From Burkholderiales bacterium (GTDB lineage Bacteria; Pseudomonadota; Gammaproteobacteria; Burkholderiales; Burkholderiaceae_C), in contig SBFS01000093.1 in assembly GCA_006227825.1 (NCBI GenBank), forward strand, positions 1 to 44,421: a DNA stretch of 44,421 nucleotides, written 5' to 3'. The translations under genes and the position numbers were made by a program. Shown one piece after another: positions 37,904-44,421 of the stretch. How positions within the stretch are numbered: the first letter of the stretch is position 1; the number at the start of each line of letters is the position of its first letter. Under the pieces are notes generated by a model. It worked only from the letters and a program-made list of their open reading frames with translations. It had not been told where the DNA came from and searched no databases.

Positions 37904-38779
37904 ATGAACGAGAAATTCGAACGTCTGCTCGAGCGCGCCGAACAGCTGATCACGCGAATCGAATCCGTGATGCCCCGGCCGCTGGGGCCGCCCGACTGGT
38001 CGGCTTCCATCGCCTTTCGCTACCGCAAGCGCGGCGGCCATGGCATGCTCGAGCCCGTCCGGCACGTGGCCCGGATGTCGCTCGGCGACCTCAAGGAGAT
38101 CGATGGCCAGAAGGAGCGCATCCGGCGCAACACGCTGCACTTCGTGCAGGGCCTTCCGGCCAACAACGTCCTGCTCACCGGGGCCAGGGGTACCGGCAAG
38201 TCCTCGCTGGTCAAGGCCTGCCTCACCGAATACGCACCGCAGGGGTTGCGGCTCATCGAGGTGGACAAGGCCGACCTGGTGGATCTGCCCGACATCGTGG
38301 ACCTCGTGTCCGACCGTCCCGAGCGGTTCATGGTCTTCTGCGATGACCTGAGTTTCGACGAGGGAGAGGCCGGGTACAAGGCGCTCAAGTCGATTCTGGA
38401 TGGTTCTGTATCGGCCGGCGGCCAGAACGTCCTGATCTATGCCACCAGCAACCGGCGCCATCTGCTGCCCGAGTACATGAAGGACAACCTGAGCTACGCC
38501 CATACCGAGGACGGCGAGGTGCACCCGGGCGAGGCGGTGGAGGAGAAGATATCCCTGTCCGAGCGCTTCGGCCTCTGGGTCAGCTTCTACCCGTTCAGCC
38601 AGGATGAGTACCTTCGCATCGTGGCGCAGTGGCTGGCCTCCTACGGTGTGGAGCCGGAGGCGATCGAGGCAGCGCGCCCGCAGGCCCTAGTCTGGGCGCT
38701 CGAACGGGGCTCGCGCAGTGGCCGTGTCGCCTACCAGTTCGCGCGCGACTTTGCCGGCGGGCGTGCCGAGACGGCCTAG
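37904..38779 (+). CDS. DUF815-like AAA+ ATP-binding protein
   Basis: ANNVLLTGARGTGKSSLVKA, FCDDLSF, YATSNRRHL, EEKISLSERFGL, RSGRVA. Confidence 0.9.
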   Translation: MNEKFERLLERAEQLITRIESVMPRPLGPPDWSASIAFRYRKRGGHGMLEPVRHVARMSLGDLKEIDGQKERIRRNTLHFVQGLPANNVLLTGARGTGKSSLVKACLTEYAPQGLRLIEVDKADLVDLPDIVDLVSDRPERFMVFCDDLSFDEGEAGYKALKSILDGSVSAGGQNVLIYATSNRRHLLPEYMKDNLSYAHTEDGEVHPGEAVEEKISLSERFGLWVSFYPFSQDEYLRIVAQWLASYGVEPEAIEAARPQALVWALERGSRSGRVAYQFARDFAGGRAETA

Positions 38780-38787
38780 AGGTGCCC

Positions 38788-39246
38788 ATGGACCGGCCGG
38801 ATCTGGTGGTCGACGGCGGTCGAGCCGAAGGTGCGCGGCAAGACCGCGCGGCGACCGATGTCGCGGTGGGCATCCTGATCGATGACCACGGGCGCTACCT
38901 TCTGACCACACGTCCCGCCGGCAAGGTCTACGCCGGTCACTGGGAATTTCCCGGTGGCAAGCTGGAGGCCGGCGAAACAGTGGAGCAGGCCCTGCGCCGG
39001 GAGCTGCAGGAAGAGATCGGGGTGACCATAGGGCCGGCCGAACCATGGCGGCAGTCCGTGGTCGACTATCCCCATGCGCTGGTGCGCCTGCACTTCTGCA
39101 AGGTGCGGCAATGGTCGGGGTGCCTGCACATGAGGGAAGGCCAGTCCTTCAGTTGGGAGCGCCTTCCGGTGGGTTGCTCGCCGGTGTTGCCCGGCACGGT
39201 GCCGGTGCTGGCCTGGCTGGCCGACGAGTCCGGCATTCGGGCGTGA
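38788..39246 (+). CDS. mutT: NUDIX hydrolase, 8-oxo-dGTP diphosphatase-like
   Basis: WEFPGGKLEAGETVEQALRRELQEEIG Nudix box. Confidence 0.85.
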   Translation: MDRPDLVVDGGRAEGARQDRAATDVAVGILIDDHGRYLLTTRPAGKVYAGHWEFPGGKLEAGETVEQALRRELQEEIGVTIGPAEPWRQSVVDYPHALVRLHFCKVRQWSGCLHMREGQSFSWERLPVGCSPVLPGTVPVLAWLADESGIRA

Positions 39247-39284
39247 CCCGGGCGCCGGCCCGCCCTCCGGTGGCGGGGCAACGG

Positions 39285-39497
39285 TCAGGCGGCGCTGCCG
39301 GACTCGATTCCGTCGTCCGGTGACGGTGCGGGAACCCGGAAGGCCTCGCTGGCCCAGGCGCCCAGATCGGCCTGCCGGCAACGTTCGCTGCAGAACGGGC
39401 GGAACCGGTTGGAGGGCGCAAACACGCTCTTGCCCCCGCAGCCCGGGCAATGCACAAGACGCTGCCCGGTGGTGGAGGGTGCTGCAGCGGCTTTCAT
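39285..39497 (-). CDS. yacG: DNA gyrase inhibitor YacG
   Basis: CPGC...RPFCSERC zinc finger, DLGAWA. Confidence 0.93.
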   Translation of the reverse strand: MKAAAAPSTTGQRLVHCPGCGGKSVFAPSNRFRPFCSERCRQADLGAWASEAFRVPAPSPDDGIESGSAA

Positions 39498-40258
39498 GCG
39501 CAGAGAGTCAGTTCGAAACTGCCGTCCTCGTTCGCCGGGTGCAGGCGTTCATCGTCACCCAGTCGCAGCAGACGGACCGAGAGCATGAGACGGTTGCCGC
39601 TGATCTCGGGGATCATGCCGCTGCGCGGATCGATGCGCAGCCGCAGCAGCTGGAAGGTGCGGCCCTGGGGCAGGTTCTGCTGGTAATGTCCCGCCGGCGC
39701 CACCACCTTCTGCGGTGCCCCGGATTCGCGCAGCATCTTGAGCAGCAGGACGATGGCCTCCGCCAGGGGCATCAGGGGCATCATCCAGCGCTGCAGATCG
39801 GCCTGGCGCGTGCGTGGGCTGTGATGCTGCCAGTGGAAATAGGCGGGCAGGTCGAACTCGCAGGTACCGCCCGGAATGCCGATCCGGCTGCGGATGCCCA
39901 TGAGCCAGTCGTTCTCGGTCAGCGACTGCCCGGTCTTGCCGCTGAGCTCGTTGAGCTGGGCAAAGCAGCGGTCGATCTCGCCGATCGCCTGCTCCAGTGC
40001 CTGCTCCGAGATGGCAGGGTTGCCGCGGTAGGCATTGAGCTGGGTCCTCTGCCGGTCCAGGTCCTTGAGGACATCCGACTTCATGTCCGCCCGGGCCGCG
40101 ACATCCATGACCTCGAAAATGGTCTGGATGGCGAAGTGGTGGTCCAGCGGGTGTTCACGGGAGGCCAGCTCGGCCAGGCGGCGAAAGAGCTGCTCGAGCC
40201 GCAGATAGGTGCGAATGCGCTCGTTGAAAGGGTACTCGTACAGGATCACTTGGGCCAT
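39494..40258 (-). CDS. zapD: Cell division protein ZapD
   Basis: YEYPFNERIRTYLRLE, IPGGTCEFDLP, PEISGNR; lies between coaE and yacG. Confidence 0.94.
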   Translation of the reverse strand: MAQVILYEYPFNERIRTYLRLEQLFRRLAELASREHPLDHHFAIQTIFEVMDVAARADMKSDVLKDLDRQRTQLNAYRGNPAISEQALEQAIGEIDRCFAQLNELSGKTGQSLTENDWLMGIRSRIGIPGGTCEFDLPAYFHWQHHSPRTRQADLQRWMMPLMPLAEAIVLLLKMLRESGAPQKVVAPAGHYQQNLPQGRTFQLLRLRIDPRSGMIPEISGNRLMLSVRLLRLGDDERLHPANEDGSFELTLCA

Positions 40259-40278
40259 GGCTGCTGGGTATCAGCCGC

Positions 40279-40284
40279 ATCATA
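40279..40284 (-). promoter_or_regulatory. Putative -10 (TATGAT) for zapD-yacG
   Basis: Hexamer contains the coaE TGA stop, 20 nt before the zapD ATG. Confidence 0.4.
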
Positions 40285-40888
40285 GCCCGAACCGCGCGGC
40301 CATGGCCCGCACCTGCCTTGCCAGGGGCTCCAGCTCGTGACCGTCGTTGAACAGCACCACGTCGGCGGCGGCCAGACGCGGCAGGCGGGCGCTCTGGTTG
40401 CCGAGCACGGAGGTGATGGTGGCTTCGTCCCAGCCGTTGCGCGCACGAACGCGCTGCCGCTGGGTTTCCTCGCTGCAGTCGACCACCACCACGCGGTCCA
40501 GCGCATGGCGCCAGCGACCGGACTCGACGAGCAGCGGAATGTCGTGGACCAGGCACCGGGCGCCGGACAGCAGGGCAGCCCGGGCCTGCGCCTCCATGGC
40601 CTGGGCCACCAGCGGGTGGATGATCTGCTCGAGCTGCGCGCGCGCTTCGGGCTGCGTGAACACATGGCTGCGCATGCGCTCCCGGTCCAGGGCGCCCTCG
40701 GCTGTCAGGAAGCCGGTCCCGAACCTGCGCGCAATCTCGGGCATCGCCGCGCCCCCGGCCTGCGTGGTGGCGCGCGACATGGCGTCGGCATCCAGCACGA
40801 CGGCACCCAGTTCGGCGAGCATCCGGGCCACCGTGCTCTTGCCGCTGCCGATGCCTCCCGTCAGTCCCAGGCGCAGCAGCATGCTCAT
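40280..40888 (-). CDS. coaE: Dephospho-CoA kinase
   Basis: GLTGGIGSGKST, LDAD, LEQIIHPLV, DIPLLVE; start 40888 or 40882. Confidence 0.95.
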   Translation of the reverse strand: MSMLLRLGLTGGIGSGKSTVARMLAELGAVVLDADAMSRATTQAGGAAMPEIARRFGTGFLTAEGALDRERMRSHVFTQPEARAQLEQIIHPLVAQAMEAQARAALLSGARCLVHDIPLLVESGRWRHALDRVVVVDCSEETQRQRVRARNGWDEATITSVLGNQSARLPRLAAADVVLFNDGHELEPLARQVRAMAARFGL

Positions 40889-40896
40889 GCCGGCGT

Positions 40897-41754
40897 TCAG
40901 GCCAGTCCGATCAGGGCGAGCAGGGCCTGTGGCCCGAACAGCAGGGCGCTGATGCCGCCGAGAGCCAGGAACGGGCCGAAAGGGACGTAGCCGCCCTCGC
41001 GCAGCCGCCCGCGCAGCTTGATCGCGATGCCCACCAGGGCGCCGATCACCGATGCCAGCAGGATCACGGGAATCAGGGCCTGCCAGCCCAGCCAGGCACC
41101 CAGGGCGGCGAACAGCTTGAAGTCTCCGTAGCCCATCCCTTCCTTGCCGGTCAGCAGCCTGAAGCCCCAGTAGACCAGCCAGAGCGAGAGGTATCCGCCG
41201 ACCGCGCCCCAGAAGGCGTCGGCCAGGCTGACCTGAGAGACCCCGAGGGCTGCCACCAGCAGGCCGGCCCAGAGCAGCGGCAGCGTGATGTCGTCCGGCA
41301 GCAAGGTGGTGTCCCAGTCGATGCCGGTCAGGGCGAGCAGGGCGGCACAGAAGCCGGCCCAGGCCAGCGACTCCCAGCCCAGGCCCCATTGCCAGCCGCA
41401 CCAGGCAAAGAGCGCGCCAGCCACCAGTTCGACCAGCGGATAGCGAAGGCCGATGGGCGTGGCGCACTGCGAGCAGCGACCACGCAGCACCAGATAGCTG
41501 AGCACCGGGATGTTCTCGTACCAGCGGATCTGGTGACCGCATTTCGGGCAGCGCGAACGCGGCACCATCAGGTTGAAGTGCTCAACCGGCATCGCGGCCG
41601 TGGCTGCACCGCCAGCGGCATCGCGCTGGAGGTCCGCGCATTCGGCCGCCCAGCGCAGCTCCATCATTCGTGGCAGGCGATGGATCACCACGTTGAGGAA
41701 GCTGCCCACGAGCAGGCCCAGCAGGCCCAGCAGGGCAGCGTCAAGCCATGGCAT
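40897..41754 (-). CDS. pilD: Prepilin peptidase / N-methyltransferase
   Basis: GSFLNVVIHRLP, RSRCPKC...GRCSQC, IDWDT, EGMGYGDFKL, PFGPFL. Confidence 0.96.
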   Translation of the reverse strand: MPWLDAALLGLLGLLVGSFLNVVIHRLPRMMELRWAAECADLQRDAAGGAATAAMPVEHFNLMVPRSRCPKCGHQIRWYENIPVLSYLVLRGRCSQCATPIGLRYPLVELVAGALFAWCGWQWGLGWESLAWAGFCAALLALTGIDWDTTLLPDDITLPLLWAGLLVAALGVSQVSLADAFWGAVGGYLSLWLVYWGFRLLTGKEGMGYGDFKLFAALGAWLGWQALIPVILLASVIGALVGIAIKLRGRLREGGYVPFGPFLALGGISALLFGPQALLALIGLA

Positions 41755-41759
41755 GGCGG

Positions 41760-42977
41760 TCAGACCACCTGGCCGAGCTTGAAGATGGGCAGGTACATCG
41801 AGACCACGATACCGCCGATGACGGTGCCCAGCACCACGATGATGATCGGCTCCATCAGGCTCGACAGGCCGGCCACCGCGTCATCGACCTCCGCCTCGTA
41901 GAAATCGGCTGCCTTGCCCAGCATGTGGTCGATGGAGCCCGATTCCTCGCCGATGGCGCACATCTGCAGCACCATGGAGGGGAACAGGCTCGCATTGGTC
42001 ATGGCGTTGGTCAGGCTGGTGCCGGTCGAGACCTCCTGCTGGATTCTCTCGGTGGCCTTGGCATACACCGAGTTGCCGGAGGCGCCGCCGACCGAGTCGA
42101 GTGCCTCCACCAGGGGCACGCCCGCGGCAAACATCGTCGAGAGGGTTCGGGTCCAGCGGGCCACCACGGCCTTTTCCACCAGAGGACCGAAGATGGGCAC
42201 GCGCAGCAGCAGGCGGTCCATGAAGGCCTGCACCCGTTCGCTGCGCTTCCAGGCCTGCATCAGGAAATAGGAGCCGCCGCCGAGCACGCCGAAGATCAGC
42301 CACCAGTAATCGACGAACACCTCGCTCATGGCGATCACGAACAGCGTGGGTCCGGGAAGGTCGGCACCGAAGGAACTGAACACCTCCTTGAAGGAGGGAA
42401 TCACGAAGATCATGATGATGGCCACCACCACGAAGGCCACGATGATGACCGAGATGGGGTACATCAGCGCCGACTTGATCTTGGACTTGATGGCTTCGGT
42501 CTTTTCCATGTAGACCGCCAGGCGGTCGAGCAGCTCCTCCAGAATACCGGCCGCTTCACCGGCTTCGACCAGGTTGCAGTACAGGCTGTCGAAATAGAGC
42601 GGGTGCTTGCGAAACGCCGCGCTCAGGGAGGTGCCGGTCTCGACGTCGGCCCGGATGTCGTTGAGCAGCTTGGTGACGCTGGGGTTGGGGTTGCCGCGAC
42701 CGACGATGTCGAAGGCCTGCAGCAGCGGAACGCCCGCCTTCATCATGGTGGCCAGCTGCCGGGTGAAGATCGCGATGTCCTTGGGGCGGATGCGCCGCCC
42801 CGAGCTCATGCGCCGCTTCTTGACCTTGCTGGGGACGATGCCCTGGCGCCTGAGGGCGGCCAGCACCTGGTTCTCGCCACCCGCACGGGTCTCTCCCCGC
42901 ACGATCTTGCCGTGTCGGTCCTTGCCCTCCCACTCGAAAACGAAGTCCTTGATGCTCTTGGATGCTGCGGTTGCCAT
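41760..42977 (-). CDS. pilC: Type IV pilus inner-membrane platform protein
   Basis: FTRQLATMMKAGVPL, AGEAAG, KSALMYP, IGEESG, MYLPIF. Confidence 0.95.
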   Translation of the reverse strand: MATAASKSIKDFVFEWEGKDRHGKIVRGETRAGGENQVLAALRRQGIVPSKVKKRRMSSGRRIRPKDIAIFTRQLATMMKAGVPLLQAFDIVGRGNPNPSVTKLLNDIRADVETGTSLSAAFRKHPLYFDSLYCNLVEAGEAAGILEELLDRLAVYMEKTEAIKSKIKSALMYPISVIIVAFVVVAIIMIFVIPSFKEVFSSFGADLPGPTLFVIAMSEVFVDYWWLIFGVLGGGSYFLMQAWKRSERVQAFMDRLLLRVPIFGPLVEKAVVARWTRTLSTMFAAGVPLVEALDSVGGASGNSVYAKATERIQQEVSTGTSLTNAMTNASLFPSMVLQMCAIGEESGSIDHMLGKAADFYEAEVDDAVAGLSSLMEPIIIVVLGTVIGGIVVSMYLPIFKLGQVV

Positions 42978-43008
42978 GGAGTCCTCGGGTAGCTGGTGGT
43001 GCCGCGCT

Positions 43009-44421
43009 TCACTCGTTGGTGACGCTGAGCACTTCTTCGAGTGAGGTCAGTCCCTGCCTGACCTTGAGCAGGCCCGACTCGCGCAGGGTGCGGACGCCTT
43101 CCTTGCCGGCCTGGTGCGCAATGTCCAGTGCGCTGCCGCCGCGCAGGATGATGCGCTGGATCTCTTCGGAGATCGGCATCACCTGATAGATGCCGACCCG
43201 GCCCTTGTAGCCGTTGTTGCATGCGGAGCAGCCCACAGGTCGGTAAGGAGTCCAGGTGCCGTCGATCTCCTCCGGCTTGAAACCGGCATCCAGGAGCGCC
43301 TTGCGCGGCACGTCCAGGGGCGCCTTGCAGTTGGGGCAGAGCCGGCGCGCCAGGCGCTGCGCGGTGATGAGGATCACGCTGGAGGCGATGTTGAACGTGG
43401 GAATGCCCATGTTCATCATGCGCGTCAGTGTGGTCGGCGCATCGTTGGTGTGCAGGGTCGAGAGCACCAGGTGGCCCGTCTGCGCCGCCTTGATGGAAAT
43501 GTCGGCGGTCTCCAGGTCACGGATCTCGCCGACCATGATGACGTCCGGATCCTGGCGCAGGAAAGCCTTGAGGGCAGCCGCGAATGTCAGCCCGGCCTTC
43601 TCGTTCACGTTGACCTGGTTGACGCCGGGCAGGTTGATCTCCGAGGGGTCCTCCGCGGTCGAGATGTTCACGCCCGGCTTGTTCAGGAGGTTCAGGCAGG
43701 TGTAGAGCGACACCGTCTTGCCGGAGCCGGTCGGACCTGTCACCAGAACCATGCCGTAGGGTCTGGAGATGGCATCGAGCAGCCGCTCCTTTTCTTCCGG
43801 CTCGTAGCCCAGCGCGTCGATGCCGAGCCGGGCACTGCTCGGATCGAGAATACGGATCACGATCTTCTCGCCGAACAGCGTGGGCAGCGTGCTGACGCGG
43901 AAGTCGATCACCCGGTCGGGCCCGATCTTGAGCTTCATCCGGCCGTCCTGGGGCACCCGCTTCTCGGAGATGTCCATCCGCGAGATGACCTTGATGCGCG
44001 AGGCCAGCTTGTCCTTGATGGCGATCGGCGGGGATGCGATCTCGCGCAGTTCGCCGTCGATGCGAAACCGCACCCGGTAGTTGTGCTCGTAGGGTTCGAA
44101 GTGCAGGTCCGATGCGCGCATGTTGAACGCGTCGATCAGCATCTTGTGCAGGAACTTGACGACCGGTGCGTCCTCGACCTCGGCCGTCTTGTCGCTCGAT
44201 TCGACGACGGTGGGCTCGCTGGCCACCTCGTCGAATTCGAAGTCTCCGCCGATGATGTTGTCGATGGCTTCGCCGGCAGTGGTGGTCAGGGAGTCGACCA
44301 GCTTGTTGAGCTTGTCGTACTCGGCAATCACCCAGTCGACGCCCATCTGGGTGGCGAACTTGATCTTTTCGGCGGCACCCAGATCGGCCGGGTCGGCGGT
44401 GGCGACCATCAGGCGGTTGTT
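43009..44421 (-). CDS. pilB: Type IV pilus assembly ATPase (5'-truncated by the window edge)
   Basis: ASDLHFEP, PQDGR, GPTGSGKT, FLRQDPD, AAQTGHLVLSTLHTND, CPNC/CSAC zinc motif. Confidence 0.96.
   Translation of the reverse strand, partial: NNRLMVATADPADLGAAEKIKFATQMGVDWVIAEYDKLNKLVDSLTTTAGEAIDNIIGGDFEFDEVASEPTVVESSDKTAEVEDAPVVKFLHKMLIDAFNMRASDLHFEPYEHNYRVRFRIDGELREIASPPIAIKDKLASRIKVISRMDISEKRVPQDGRMKLKIGPDRVIDFRVSTLPTLFGEKIVIRILDPSSARLGIDALGYEPEEKERLLDAISRPYGMVLVTGPTGSGKTVSLYTCLNLLNKPGVNISTAEDPSEINLPGVNQVNVNEKAGLTFAAALKAFLRQDPDVIMVGEIRDLETADISIKAAQTGHLVLSTLHTNDAPTTLTRMMNMGIPTFNIASSVILITAQRLARRLCPNCKAPLDVPRKALLDAGFKPEEIDGTWTPYRPVGCSACNNGYKGRVGIYQVMPISEEIQRIILRGGSALDIAHQAGKEGVRTLRESGLLKVRQGLTSLEEVLSVTNE

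Overview
GC-rich betaproteobacterial core-chromosome segment. Gene order and protein sequences look Burkholderiales/Comamonadaceae-like (inference). It is almost fully coding, with about 49 CDS and one tRNA: gltBD; mlaFEDACB; a YadGH-like ABC-2 pair, BolA, murA; hisGDCBHAF, an inverted LapA-like membrane gene, hisIE, a DUF4870-like gene, HIT; tatABC; an HtrA/DegS-like protease; a 46-aa DUF3149-like membrane peptide; Nif3, pdxA, mscL; petABC; sspAB; tRNA-Thr(UGU); a DciA-like gene; M23 peptidase; secA; argJ; a DUF815 ATPase; mutT; yacG, zapD, coaE, pilD, pilC, pilB (partial). I see no mobile element, prophage, CRISPR array, defence island or clearly novel multi-gene system. The points worth a second look are mostly regulatory: a perfect FNR box in class II geometry in front of the DUF3149-like peptide; an inverted gene splitting the his operon with a probably leaderless hisI; -10 boxes embedded in stop codons and inside his genes; competing hairpins in front of sspA; a structured secA leader without secM; and a 65-residue membrane insertion plus a PVWY Qo motif in cytochrome b. 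Protein calls come from motif recognition and synteny, not from database searches. Where an ORF-track entry starts too far upstream I give the start I consider more likely.
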